From the NCBI GenBank assembly GCA_032718475.1, contig JAUCBJ010001936.1, forward strand, positions 1 to 64,000: a stretch of 64,000 bases of DNA. The letters run 5' to 3'. Of this stretch, positions 11,226-26,900 are shown in pieces. Each line of letters opens with the position of its first letter. Position 1 is the stretch's first letter. This DNA comes from Nemertoderma westbladi (lineage: Eukaryota > Animalia > Xenacoelomorpha). A program made the position numbers and the translations under genes. The notes below the pieces were generated by a model. The model saw only the letters and a program-made list of their open reading frames with translations. It ran no database searches and had not been told where the DNA came from.

Positions 11226-11358
11226 ATTCGGAAAATTGCTGCTCCTTTTAACAAAATTGAAGACAATTTCGGTAGACGATATCTGTCAACTCTTCTTCAA
11301 CAACATCATCGACCGACATAATGTAAACAGAGTCATCTTCCAGATAATGAAGGAATAA
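11226..11358 (+). CDS. Terminal exon of a nuclear receptor ligand-binding domain (NR2E/NR2F-like); possibly a pseudogene remnant
   Basis: A pyrimidine tract and TTTGCAG acceptor precede a phase-2 exon reading (R)FGKLLLLLTKLKTISVDDICQLFFNNIIDRHNVNRVIFQIMKE*. This matches helices 10-12 of TLX/PNR/COUP-TF (RFGKLLLLLPALRSIS...IEEVFF, recalled). No intact upstream exon was found in the window. Confidence 0.7.
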
Positions 11359-11687
11359 CTGAAATGTTTACCAACTGCTTCAGCCAATTCATGGGAAGTC
11401 CTTAATTATACAGTAGTTGTGTGTAAACGAGTTCATAAACTACTGTAGGCCTAGACCTAGATCTATGTACAAGGGTGCAGCAACAACATAAAAGTTATTT
11501 CTTGAATTTTTCACTACGTTCTTGAGTTTGTTTATTTTTTAAGCACCTCCCACCCCCCCTAAAGCTTGTAAAGCTCTTAAACAATATTAAATCTAACAAG
11601 TTACTGCAACCAAATGTAAATCGTGTGAGGCGGATGTTTAGAAGGGCGCGCCACAGTAACCCTTAATGTTACATTTACTCACCTCAT

Positions 11688-12305
11688 CTAGTTCTACTGT
11701 GCCACCACCATGCAATCCACAATTTGCTTGCTATGAACCAGTGCGCATTAAGAATGCTATGCCGGCTTGTCGACAAAGTTGCACCTCCAGAACTATTATC
11801 CGCATCTTCAGGACCAGTCAGTGGCCCCAAATGGGCGTCTGAAATGGGCTGTCTACCATGCTTATTCACTCCATGAGGCCGCCAAAGCACAAGATTGTGC
11901 GCAGGTTGGTCCTCGGCGAAAGCAATAGCATGCGAAGCGGAGGCAGTTTTGATTAAGTGTCAAGCTTGGGGAACCAATGAGACACCTCCAATGTGATATA
12001 GTGTCTGGTTGGAGATGTGTGCATTGTGCTTTACACAGTGAACCCGACGTAGCATTCTTGTGAATGTGCCATCCCAAGATTTGGTGTCCTCAGCAGTTAG
12101 AACCCAGTATGGACCAGTATGAACCCAGGATGGTACACAGTACCCGATAGAGGAGTACTGGAACTACCGCTGCTCTAAATAATCGGACCTTAAGTTTCCG
12201 ACGTATCGTACAGTCTGTGAATTCCAAATCCTGGAAACCCCATTCAATGCGGCCCATGCCTTCCCTTTATTACGTAGGTCTTCATCACACAACCTCTGGA
12301 TCAAT
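11688..12305 (-). mobile_element. Degenerate RTE-clade LINE 3' fragment (copy 3)
   Basis: Homologous to 9895-10490 and shares the 3' UTR segment CCACCA.GCAATCCACAATT with copy 1. Confidence 0.85.
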
Positions 12306-12768
12306 GATGGATTGAATCATTTTACGTTACATGGACTCTTCTCGGTTGATGTCATATTAATCACTTGTTCAGGACTAATTATATCTGTTTAAACCTCCGT
12401 AAAGAGTTGTGTTTGGAAAATTGAATTATATTTTTTACTCATATTCATAGATTGAATTCTGTCGTTCTATATTAAATTTGTATAATTATCAACATTTAAT
12501 TATTGTTGCTACATTACGAGATATATTTCTGTAAAATTAACTCATTTAAGACGGTTTATAGTAAACTTGTGGCTAAATATGTTTATTTTTCAGTTCGCAT
12601 GTAAACTTCCTACAATTTGTGCCATGTGCGTGCATCAATGTATGTAATAATGTTAATATTATATGAATTACACTCACCCCACAACAATTAACTTATTATT
12701 ATTAAAATGCTCTTCAACAAAATGTTCAGATAGATGGGAGAGAGTGAAGGGTGGGTGGGTAGGTATAG

Positions 12769-13693
12769 TAGAATTGAAACAGAGACTTGTAACTGATCTC
12801 TGGATTCTCCGGGCTATTTTTTGGTCTCCGGATAGGTCTCTGGTTCCCGGGTATTGAAAACACAGATTTTACCCAGAGATCAGTGATTTTACAAATTAGA
12901 AATAGATATTTAAAAATAGATCCTGTACAACACAAAATGTGAAATGAAGATAATTTTTCACAAATTTTTTACAATTAATTATTTCTTTAATTTTTAACTA
13001 TTTTTCATACACTGCTTCAACACAATTATATATTCACTTTTACACTATTTCTAATAAATGTAATGTACCGATAATCTTCTATTTAATTAATTTAAGGTGC
13101 GTTTAATTTTAAGTTAAATTAGCACCTAAAGATGGTTCTTCGTTAAGGATAAGGGCGCTTAATTTGAGCACTCATAATGTTTAAAAGTGAAAGAAAGGGC
13201 TGATCTCCATTCAATTTGTTATAGGATAGATAATATGACGACCAAATGAAGAGAACGAGCGTAACGAGGCTTGTAAATGGGGCGAGTAGAGTACTATACC
13301 TGTGCACTAAGTATTCGTAAATGACTAAGTTTATAGTATATTGAAATATATATAATATGATTTGAACAATTGTAAAATAAGTGCCTTTAATTAACAAAGT
13401 ACCTGTACCTATGGCGCAAAACAAATTAATGTAACATATTATTAACAATAAAACAAAATAAGAACGAATTAATAAACAAATAACCAAATTAATATTAATT
13501 AATCCGCCCAAACTGTACGTGCGCTTATTTTCTTACAGTGCTATGTGCTATAGCGGAGTAATCAAATTGTAAGTAGAAAAATAAGCAAAGTCTCTGATCT
13601 CCGGCTCTGGTCTCCGGTATTTTTCAAAATAATTATCCGGGTGGGTCTCTGGTTCACCGGGATTAAGAAAAACAGGTCTCTGTTTCAACTCTA
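12769..13693. mobile_element. Non-autonomous DNA transposon, hAT-like
   Basis: 22-bp imperfect TIRs (TAGAATTGAAACAGAGACTTGT / ACAGGTCTCTGTTTCAACTCTA) with subterminal GGTCTC and CCGG repeats at both ends. The flanks are GTAGGTA-like, an imperfect TSD. Confidence 0.6.
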
Positions 13694-14937
13694 GTAGGTA
13701 GGTAGTAGGAAATACCTACAAGACACTAATTTGTTATTAAATATATAATTTTAAAGTAAGTTGGATACAATAGAGTCCAGCCAGGATGGTATTTTGAAAA
13801 GTTATTTAACACGATGCGATGATTTAAAACAATGTTTAAGCAATAACACGTCGGATTTACTAACATCTAGCAGAATAACCAACAACAATTGCACATGGAG
13901 TCAAAGTGTAATTAGGAATATTTCGGGTATCGTGTGAATTAAATTCTTCTTAAACGATAAACCGAAATAAAGTATTTAGCACAAACTAACATTGATCATA
14001 AAGCAATAATGCGGTGTAATAAGCGCTTTCTATTTAATAAATAAATGAATATAACGAAACACACTGATAAACACAATCTACTATCGAAAAAATATACCGT
14101 TTATTGCTCTAATAAATATCGTCAATTAACAAATAGTTTAGAGAATATTATAGATGGCTTAGTAGATAATTTAGTAATTAATAAGTTACACCTAATTACA
14201 ATGCCAATGTTATAATTACAATTTCAATGTTAATGTCCTGATTCTATGTTTTTTGTAGAAATGGGATGTAAGACTCGAATGTTTACCTTTTTAGTTTAAT
14301 TAAAATTCCGTACGATGAAAAATAACTGATCAATACTAAATAGGTTTAGTTTTTTACATAAATAATTACAATTTATTGAAAAGCAGCGCACATACTGCAG
14401 ATTACAAATATATTACGTTTTATAGCACTTTATATGAGCCTGACTCGAGTTTAATAAAATAAAGATAATCTGAAACAAAAACTATTAATCAATTCCGATT
14501 CAGTCTAGTTAACCTATCAAAAAAATAACTACCTCCCTGTCTAACAATAATATAAACCAATTATTGTCAATCTAACGCGAACGAATAATACATGACTTAG
14601 AATACGCACCAAATTCTTACACTGTTACTTTTATTGGAATTTAATTTTAATTTGGAAGCCTACAAAAATTATCAAAATATTACGGCAAGTGAAATTGGCG
14701 AGATGTTAAAACTTTAAATCACTAAATATTATTTAATTAAAAGTAAATTAGGCTAATTATTTGCCTATAAATTATATCAAATGACCCAACATTATTTATA
14801 AATGTAGCGATAAACAAATATTTACAAAAAAAACGGAATTTAGGCAAAACTACACCCTGGGTGTGGGGTGGGTATATTCTGAAGTTTTACTTGCTAACTT
14901 TTTATATATAAACATCGGTAGGGTCTATATTAATTAG

Positions 14938-17900
14938 TCAATCAGCGTGTAACTAACTACTTAACTAACCACGTGATCAATCAGTGTGTAACTAACTACT
15001 TAACTAACCACGTGATCAATCAGTGTGTAACTAACTACTTAACTAACCACGTGATCAATCAGTGTGTAACTAACTACTTAACTAACCACGTGATCAATCA
15101 GTGTGTAACTAACTGCTTAACTAACCACGTGATCAATCAGTGTGTAACTAACTACTTAACTAACCACGTGATCAATCAGTGTGTAACTAACTGCTTAACT
15201 AACCACGTGATCAATCAGTGTGTAACTAACTGCTTAACTAACCACGTGATCAATCAGTGTGTAACTAACTGCTTAACTAACCACGTGATCAATCAGTGTG
15301 TAACTAACTGCTTAACTAACCACGTGATCAATCAGTGTGTAACTAACTGCTTAACTAACCACGTGATCAATCAGTGTGTAACTAACTGCTTAACTAACCA
15401 CGTGATCAATCAGTGTGTAACTAACTGCTTAACTAACCACGTGATCAATCAGTGTGTAACTAACTGCTTAACTAACCACGTGATCAATCAGTGTGTAACT
15501 AACTGCTTAACTAACCACGTGATCAATCAGTGTGTAACTAACTGCTTAACTAACCACGTGATCAATCAGTGTGTAACTAACTACTTAACTAACCACGTGA
15601 TCAATCAGTGTGTAACTAACTACTTAACTGACCACGTGATCAATCAGTGTGTAACTAACTGCTTAACTAACCACGTGATCAATCAGTGTGTAACTAACTG
15701 CTTAACTAACCACGTGATCAATCAGTGTGTAACTAACTGCTTAACTAACCACGTGATCAATCAGTGTGTAACTAACTGCTTAACTAACCACGTGATCAAT
15801 CAGTGTGTAACTAACTGCTTAACTAACCACGTGATCAATCAGTGTGTAACTAACTGCTTAACTAACCACGTGATCAATCAGTGTGTAACTAACTGCTTAA
15901 CTAACCACGTGATCAATCAGTGTGTAACTAACTGCTTAACTAACCACGTGATCAATCAGTGTGTAACTAACTGCTTAACTAACCACGTGATCAATCAGTG
16001 TGTAACTAACTGCTTAACTAACCACGTGATCAATCAGAGTGTAACTAACTGCTTAACTAACCACGTGATCAATCAGTGTGTAACTAACTGCTTAACTAAC
16101 CACGTGATCAATCAGAGTGTAACTAACTGCTTAACTAACCACGTGATCAATCAGTGTGTAACTAACTGCTTAACTAACCACGTGATCAATCAGAGTGTAA
16201 CTAACTGCTTAACTAACCACGTGATCAATCAGAGTGTAACTAACTGCTTAACTAACCACGTGATCAATCAGAGTGTAACTAACTGCTTAACTAACCACGT
16301 GATCAATCAGAGTGTAACTAACTGCTTAACTAACCACGTGATCAATCAGTGTGTAACTAACTGCTTAACTAACCACGTGATCAATCAGTGTGTAACTAAC
16401 TGCTTAACTAACCACGTGATCAATCAGAGTGTAACTAACTGCTTAACTAACCACGTGATCAATCAGAGTGTAACTAACTGCTTAACTAACCACGTGATCA
16501 ATCAGTGTGTAACTAACTACTTAACTAACCACGTGATCAATCAGTGTGTAACTAACTACTTAACTGACCACGTGATCAATCAGTGTGTAACTAACTGCTT
16601 AACTAACCACGTGATCAATCAGTGTGTAACTAACTACTTAACTAACCACGTGATCAATCAGTGTGTAACTAACTGCTTAACTAACCACGTGATCAATCAG
16701 TGTGTAACTAACTGCTTAACTAACCACGTGATCAATCAGAGTGTAACTAACTGCTTAACTAACCACGTGATCAATCAGTGTGTAACTAACTGCTTAACTA
16801 ACCACGTGATCAATCAGTGTGTAACTAACTACTTAACTAACCACGTGATCAATCAGTGTGTAACTAACTGCTTAACTAACCACGTGATCAATCAGTGTGT
16901 AACTAACTACTTAACTAACCACGTGATCAATCAGTGTGTAACTAACTACTTAACTAACCACGTGATCAATCAGTGTGTAACTAACTGCTTAACTAACCAC
17001 GTGATCAATCAGTGTGTAACTAACTGCTTAACTAACCACGTGATCAATCAGAGTGTAACTAACTGCTTAACTAACCACGTGATCAATCAGTGTGTAACTA
17101 ACTGCTTAACTAACCACGTGATCAATCAGTGTGTAACTAACTACTTAACTAACCACGTGATCAATCAGTGTGTAACTAACTGCTTAACTAACCACGTGAT
17201 CAATCAGTGTGTAACTAACTACTTAACTAACCACGTGATCAATCAGTGTGTAACTAACTACTTAACTAACCACGTGATCAATCAGTGTGTAACTAACTAC
17301 TTAACTAACCACGTGATCAATCAGTGTGTAACTAACTACTTAACTAACCACGTGATCAATCAGTGTGTAACTAACTACTTAACTAACCACGTGATCAATC
17401 AGTGTGTAACTAACTACTTAACTAACCACGTGATCAATCAGTGTGTAACTAACTACTTAACTAACCACGTGATCAATCAGTGTGTAACTAACTGCTTAAC
17501 TAACCACGTGATCAATCAGTGTGTAACTAACTACTTAACTAACCACGTGATCAATCAGTGTGTAACTAACTACTTAACTAACCACGTGATCAATCAGTGT
17601 GTAACTAACTACTTAACTAACCACGTGATCAATCAGTGTGTAACTAACTACTTAACTAACCACGTGATCAATCAGTGTGTAACTAACTACTTAACTAACC
17701 ACGTGATCAATCAGTGTGTAACTAACTACTTAACTAACCACGTGATCAATCAGAGTGTAACTAACTGCTTAACTAACCACGTGATCAATCAGAGTGTAAC
17801 TAACTGCTTAACTAACCACGTGATCAATCAGAGTGTAACTAACTACTTAACTAACCACGTGATCAATCAGTGTGTAACTAACTACTTAACTAACCACGTG

Positions 17901-20900
17901 ATCAATCAGTGTGTAACTAACTACTTAACTAACCACGTGATCAATCAGTGTGTAACTAACTGCTTAACTAACCACGTGATCAATCAGTGTGTAACTAACT
18001 ACTTAACTAACCACGTGATCAATCAGTGTGTAACTAACTACTTAACTAACCACGTGATCAATCAGTGTGTAACTAACTACTTAACTAACCACGTGATCAA
18101 TCAGTGTGTAACTAACTACTTAACTAACCACGTGATCAATCAGAGTGTAACTAACTACTTAACTAACCACGTGATCAATCAGTGTGTAACTAACTACTTA
18201 ACTAACCACGTGATCAATCAGTGTGTAACTAACTGCTTAACTAACCACGTGATCAATCAGTGTGTAACTAACTGCTTAACTAACCACGTGATCAATCAGT
18301 GTGTAACTAACTACTTAACTAACCACGTGATCAATCAGTGTGTAACTAACTACTTAACTAACCACGTGATCAATCAGTGTGTAACTAACTACTTAACTAA
18401 CCACGTGATCAATCAGTGTGTAACTAACTACTTAACTAACCACGTGATCAATCAGAGTGTAACTAACTACTTAACTAACCACGTGATCAATCAGTGTGTA
18501 ACTAACTACTTAACTAACCACGTGATCAATCAGTGTGTAACTAACTACTTAACTAACCACGTGATCAATCAGAGTGTAACTAACTACTTAACTAACCACG
18601 TGATCAATCAGTGTGTAACTAACTACTTAACTAACCACGTGATCAATCAGTGTGTAACTAACTACTTAACTAACCACGTGATCAATCAGTGTGTAACTAA
18701 CTACTTAACTAACCACGTGATCAATCAGTGTGTAACTAACTACTTAACTAACCACGTGATCAATCAGTGTGTAACTAACTACTTAACTAACCACGTGATC
18801 AATCAGTGTGTAACTAACTACTTAACTAACCACGTGATCAATCAGTGTGTAACTAACTACTTAACTAACCACGTGATCAATCAGAGTGTAACTAACTACT
18901 TAACTAACCACGTGATCAATCAGTGTGTAACTAACTACTTAACTAACCACGTGATCAATCAGTGTGTAACTAACTACTTAACTAACCACGTGATCAATCA
19001 GTGTGTAACTAACTACTTAACTGACCACGTGATCAATCAGTGTGTAACTAACTGCTTAACTAACCACGTGATCAATCAGTGTGTAACTAACTACTTAACT
19101 AACCACGTGATCAATCAGAGTGTAACTAACTGCTTAACTAACCACGTGATCAATCAGAGTGTAACTAACTGCTTAACTAACCACGTGATCAATCAGAGTG
19201 TAACTAACTACTTAACTAACCACGTGATCAATCAGTGTGTAACTAACTACTTAACTAACCACGTGATCAATCAGTGTGTAACTAACTACTTAACTGACCA
19301 CGTGATCAATCAGTGTGTAACTAACTGCTTAACTAACCACGTGATCAATCAGTGTGTAACTAACTACTTAACTAACCACGTGATCAATCAGTGTGTAACT
19401 AACTACTTAACTAACCACGTGATCAATCAGTGTGTAACTAACTACTTAACTAACCACGTGATCAATCAGTGTGTAACTAACTGCTTAACTAACCACGTGA
19501 TCAATCAGTGTGTAACTAACTGCTTAACTAACCACGTGATCAATCAGAGTGTAACTAACTGCTTAACTAACCACGTGATCAATCAGAGTGTAACTAACTG
19601 CTTAACTAACCACGTGATCAATCAGTGTGTAACTAACTACTTAACTAACCACGTGATCAATCAGTGTGTAACTAACTACTTAACTGACCACGTGATCAAT
19701 CAGTGTGTAACTAACTGCTTAACTAACCACGTGATCAATCAGTGTGTAACTAACTACTTAACTAACCACGTGATCAATCAGTGTGTAACTAACTACTTAA
19801 CTAACCACGTGATCAATCAGTGTGTAACTAACTACTTAACTAACCACGTGATCAATCAGTGTGTAACTAACTACTTAACTGACCACGTGATCAATCAGTG
19901 TGTAACTAACTGCTTAACTAACCACGTGATCAATCAGTGTGTAACTAACTGCTTAACTAACCACGTGATCAATCAGTGTGTAACTAACTACTTAACTAAC
20001 CACGTGATCAATCAGTGTGTAACTAACTACTTAACTGACCACGTGATCAATCAGTGTGTAACTAACTGCTTAACTAACCACGTGATCAATCAGTGTGTAA
20101 CTAACTACTTAACTGACCACGTGATCAATCAGTGTGTAACTAACTGCTTAACTAACCACGTGATCAATCAGTGTGTAACTAACTACTTAACTAACCACGT
20201 GATCAATCAGTGTGTAACTAACTACTTAACTGACCACGTGATCAATCAGTGTGTAACTAACTGCTTAACTAACCACGTGATCAATCAGTGTGTAACTAAC
20301 TACTTAACTAACCACGTGATCAATCAGTGTGTAACTAACTACTTAACTGACCACGTGATCAATCAGTGTGTAACTAACTGCTTAACTAACCACGTGATCA
20401 ATCAGTGTGTAACTAACTGCTTAACTAACCACGTGATCAATCAGTGTGTAACTAACTACTTAACTAACCACGTGATCAATCAGTGTGTAACTAACTGCTT
20501 AACTAACCACGTGATCAATCAGTGTGTAACTAACTGCTTAACTAACCACGTGATCAATCAGTGTGTAACTAACTGCTTAACTAACCACGTGATCAATCAG
20601 TGTGTAACTAACTACTTAACTGACCACGTGATCAATCAGTGTGTAACTAACTGCTTAACTAACCACGTGATCAATCAGTGTGTAACTAACTACTTAACTA
20701 ACCACGTGATCAATCAGTGTGTAACTAACTGCTTAACTAACCACGTGATCAATCAGTGTGTAACTAACTACTTAACTGACCACGTGATCAATCAGTGTGT
20801 AACTAACTGCTTAACTAACCACGTGATCAATCAGTGTGTAACTAACTACTTAACTAACCACGTGATCAATCAGTGTGTAACTAACTACTTAACTGACCAC

Positions 20901-23900
20901 GTGATCAATCAGTGTGTAACTAACTGCTTAACTAACCACGTGATCAATCAGTGTGTAACTAACTGCTTAACTAACCACGTGATCAATCAGTGTGTAACTA
21001 ACTACTTAACTAACCACGTGATCAATCAGTGTGTAACTAACTACTTAACTGACCACGTGATCAATCAGTGTGTAACTAACTGCTTAACTAACCACGTGAT
21101 CAATCAGTGTGTAACTAACTGCTTAACTAACCACGTGATCAATCAGTGTGTAACTAACTACTTAACTAACCACGTGATCAATCAGTGTGTAACTAACTAC
21201 TTAACTGACCACGTGATCAATCAGTGTGTAACTAACTGCTTAACTAACCACGTGATCAATCAGTGTGTAACTAACTGCTTAACTAACCACGTGATCAATC
21301 AGTGTGTAACTAACTGCTTAACTAACCACGTGATCAATCAGTGTGTAACTAACTACTTAACTAACCACGTGATCAATCAGTGTGTAACTAACTACTTAAC
21401 TGACCACGTGATCAATCAGTGTGTAACTAACTGCTTAACTAACCACGTGATCAATCAGTGTGTAACTAACTACTTAACTAACCACGTGATCAATCAGTGT
21501 GTAACTAACTACTTAACTGACCACGTGATCAATCAGTGTGTAACTAACTGCTTAACTAACCACGTGATCAATCAGTGTGTAACTAACTGCTTAACTAACC
21601 ACGTGATCAATCAGTGTGTAACTAACTACTTAACTAACCACGTGATCAATCAGTGTGTAACTAACTGCTTAACTAACCACGTGATCAATCAGTGTGTAAC
21701 TAACTGCTTAACTAACCACGTGATCAATCAGTGTGTAACTAACTACTTAACTAACCACGTGATCAATCAGTGTGTAACTAACTACTTAACTAACCACGTG
21801 ATCAATCAGTGTGTAACTAACTGCTTAACTAACCACGTGATCAATCAGTGTGTAACTAACTACTTAACTAACCACGTGATCAATCAGTGTGTAACTAACT
21901 GCTTAACTAACCACGTGATCAATCAGTGTGTAACTAACTGCTTAACTAACCACGTGATCAATCAGTGTGTAACTAACTACTTAACTAACCACGTGATCAA
22001 TCAGTGTGTAACTAACTACTTAACTAACCACGTGATCAATCAGTGTGTAACTAACTACTTAACTAACCACGTGATCAATCAGTGTGTAACTAACTACTTA
22101 ACTAACCACGTGATCAATCAGTGTGTAACTAACTACTTAACTAACCACGTGATCAATCAGTGTGTAACTAACTACTTAACTAACCACGTGATCAATCAGT
22201 GTGTAACTAACTACTTAACTAACCACGTGATCAATCAGAGTGTAACTAACTGCTTAACTAACCACGTGATCAATCAGTGTGTAACTAACTGCTTAACTAA
22301 CCACGTGATCAATCAGAGTGTAACTAACTGCTTAACTAACCACGTGATCAATCAGTGTGTAACTAACTGCTTAACTAACCACGTGATCAATCAGAGTGTA
22401 ACTAACTGCTTAACTAACCACGTGATCAATCAGTGTGTAACTAACTGCTTAACTAACCACGTGATCAATCAGTGTGTAACTAACTGCTTAACTAACCACG
22501 TGATCAATCAGTGTGTAACTAACTGCTTAACTAACCACGTGATCAATCAGTGTGTAACTAACTGCTTAACTAACCACGTGATCAATCAGTGTGTAACTAA
22601 CTGCTTAACTAACCACGTGATCAATCAGTGTGTAACAAACTACTTAACTAACCACGTGATCAATCAGTGTGTAACTAACTGCTTAACTAACCACGTGATC
22701 AATCAGAGTGTAACTAACTGCTTAACTAACCACGTGATCAATCAGTGTGTAACTAACTGCTTAACTAACCACGTGATCAATCAGTGTGTAACTAACTGCT
22801 TAACTAACCACGTGATCAATCAGTGTGTAACTAACTGCTTAACTAACCACGTGATCAATCAGTGTGTAACTAACTACTTAACTAACCACGTGATCAATCA
22901 GTGTGTAACTAACTACTTAACTAACCACGTGATCAATCAGTGTGTAACTAACTACTTAACTAACCACGTGATCAATCAGTGTGTAACTAACTACTTAACT
23001 AACCACGTGATCAATCAGTGTGTAACTAACTACTTAACTAACCACGTGATCAATCAGTGTGTAACAAACTGCTTAACTAACCACGTGATCAATCAGTGTG
23101 TAACTAACTACTTAACTAACCACGTGATCAATCAGTGTGTAACTAACTACTTAACTAACCACGTGATCAATCAGTGTGTAACAAACTGCTTAACTAACCA
23201 CGTGATCAATCAGTGTGTAACTAACTACTTAACTAACCACGTGATCAATCAGTGTGTAACTAACTGCTTAACTAACCACGTGATCAATCAGTGTGTAACT
23301 AACTACTTAACTAACCACGTGATCAATCAGTGTGTAACTAACTACTTAACTAACCACGTGATCAATCAGTGTGTAACTAACTGCTTAACTAACCACGTGA
23401 TCAATCAGTGTGTAACTAACTGCTTAACTAACCACGTGATCAATCAGTGTGTAACTAACTACTTAACTAACCACGTGATCAATCAGTGTGTAACTAACTG
23501 CTTAACTAACCACGTGATCAATCAGTGTGTAACTAACTACTTAACTAACCACGTGATCAATCAGTGTGTAACTAACTACTTAACTAACCACGTGATCAAT
23601 CAGTGTGTAACTAACTACTTAACTAACCACGTGATCAATCAGTGTGTAACTAACTGCTTAACTAACCACGTGATCAATCAGTGTGTAACTAACTGCTTAA
23701 CTAACCACGTGATCAATCAGTGTGTAACTAACTGCTTAACTAACCACGTGATCAATCAGTGTGTAACTAACTACTTAACTAACCACGTGATCAATCAGTG
23801 TGTAACAAACTGCTTAACTAACCACGTGATCAATCAGTGTGTAACTAACTACTTAACTAACCACGTGATCAATCAGTGTGTAACAAACTACTTAACTGAC

Positions 23901-26900
23901 CACGTGATCAATCAGTGTGTAACTAACTGCTTAACTAACCACGTGATCAATCAGTGTGTAACTAACTACTTAACTGACCACGTGATCAATCAGTGTGTAA
24001 CTAACTGCTTAACTAACCACGTGATCAATCAGTGTGTAACTAACTGCTTAACTAACCACGTGATCAATCAGTGTGTAACTAACTACTTAACTAACCACGT
24101 GATCAATCAGTGTGTAACAAACTACTTAACTAACCACGTGATCAATCAGTGTGTAACAAACTACTTAACTAACCACGTGATCAATCAGTGTGTAACAAAC
24201 TACTTAACTAACCACGTGATCAATCAGTGTGTAACTAACTGCTTAACTAACCACGTGATCAATCAGAGTGTAACTAACTACTTAACTAACCACGTGATCA
24301 ATCAGTGTGTAACAAACTACTTAACTAACCACGTGATCAATCAGTGTGTAACTAACTGCTTAACTAACCACGTGATCAATCAGTGTGTAACTAACTACTT
24401 AACTAACCACGTGATCAATCAGAGTGTAACTAACTACTTAACTAACCACGTGATCAATCAGTGTGTAACTAACTGCTTAACTAACCACGTGATCAATCAG
24501 TGTGTAACTAACTGCTTAACTAACCACGTGATCAATCAGTGTGTAACTAACTACTTAACTAACCACGTGATCAATCAGTGTGTAACAAACTACTTAACTA
24601 ACCACGTGATCAATCAGTGTGTAACAAACTACTTAACTAACCACGTGATCAATCAGTGTGTAACAAACTACTTAACTAACCACGTGATCAATCAGTGTGT
24701 AACTAACTGCTTAACTAACCACGTGATCAATCAGTGTGTAACTAACTGCTTAACTAACCACGTGATCAATCAGTGTGTAACTAACTGCTTAACTAACCAC
24801 GTGATCAATCAGTGTGTAACAAACTACTTAACTAACCACGTGATCAATCAGTGTGTAACTAACTGCTTAACTAACCACGTGATCAATCAGTGTGTAACTA
24901 ACTACTTAACTAACCACGTGATCAATCAGAGTGTAACTAACTGCTTAACTAACCACGTGATCAATCAGAGTGTAACTAACTGCTTAACTAACCACGTGAT
25001 CAATCAGTGTGTAACTAACTGCTTAACTAACCACGTGATCAATCAGTGTGTAACTAACTACTTAACTAACCACGTGATCAATCAGTGTGTAACTAACTAC
25101 TTAACTAACCACGTGATCAATCAGTGTGTAACTAACTGCTTAACTAACCACGTGATCAATCAGTGTGTAACTAACTACTTAACTAACCACGTGATCAATC
25201 AGTGTGTAACAAACTACTTAACTAACCACGTGATCAATCAGTGTGTAACAAACTACTTAACTAACCACGTGATCAATCAGTGTGTAACAAACTACTTAAC
25301 TAACCACGTGATCAATCAGTGTGTAACTAACTACTTAACTAACCACGTGATCAATCAGTGTGTAACTAACTACTTAACTAACCACGTGATCAATCAGTGT
25401 GTAACTAACTACTTAACTAACCACGTGATCAATCAGTGTGTAACTAACTGCTTAACTAACCACGTGATCAATCAGTGTGTAACTAACTACTTAACTAACC
25501 ACGTGATCAATCAGAGTGTAACTAACTACTTAACTAACCACGTGATCAATCAGTGTGTAACTAACTACTTAACTAACCACGTGATCAATCAGAGTGTAAC
25601 TAACTGCTTAACTAACCACGTGATCAATCAGAGTGTAACTAACTGCTTAACTAACCACGTGATCAATCAGTGTGTAACTAACTGCTTAACTAACCACGTG
25701 ATCAATCAGTGTGTAACAAACTACTTAACTAACCACGTGATCAATCAGTGTGTAACTAACTGCTTAACTAACCACGTGATCAATCAGTGTGTAACTAACT
25801 ACTTAACTAACCACGTGATCAATCAGAGTGTAACTAACTGCTTAACTAACCACGTGATCAATCAGAGTGTAACTAACTGCTTAACTAACCACGTGATCAA
25901 TCAGTGTGTAACTAACTGCTTAACTAACCACGTGATCAATCAGTGTGTAACAAACTACTTAACTAACCACGTGATCAATCAGTGTGTAACTAACTGCTTA
26001 ACTAACCACGTGATCAATCAGTGTGTAACTAACTGCTTAACTAACCACGTGATCAATCAGTGTGTAACTAACTACTTAACTAACCACGTGATCAATCAGT
26101 GTGTAACTAACTGCTTAACTAACCACGTGATCAATCAGTGTGTAACAAACTACTTAACTAACCACGTGATCAATCAGTGTGTAACTAACTGCTTAACTAA
26201 CCACGTGATCAATCAGTGTGTAACTAACTGCTTAACTAACCACGTGATCAATCAGTGTGTAACTAACTACTTAACTAACCACGTGATCAATCAGTGTGTA
26301 ACTAACTGCTTAACTAACCACGTGATCAATCAGTGTGTAACTAACTGCTTAACTAACCACGTGATCAATCAGTGTGTAACAAACTACTTAACTAACCACG
26401 TGATCAATCAGTGTGTAACTAACTACTTAACTAACCACGTGATCAATCAGTGTGTAACAAACTACTTAACTAACCACGTGATCAATCAGTGTGTAACTAA
26501 CTGCTTAACTAACCACGTGATCAATCAGTGTGTAACTAACTGCTTAACTAACCACGTGATCAATCAGTGTGTAACAAACTACTTAACTAACCACGTGATC
26601 AATCAGTGTGTAACTAACTGCTTAACTAACCACGTGATCAATCAGTGTGTAACTAACTGCTTAACTAACCACGTGATCAATCAGTGTGTAACTAACTGCT
26701 TAACTAACCACGTGATCAATCAGTGTGTAACTAACTGCTTAACTAACCACGTGATCAATCAGTGTGTAACTAACTACTTAACTAACCACGTGATCAATCA
26801 GTGTGTAACTAACTGCTTAACTAACCACGTGATCAATCAGTGTGTAACTAACTACTTAACTAACCACGTGATCAATCAGTGTGTAACAAACTACTTAACT

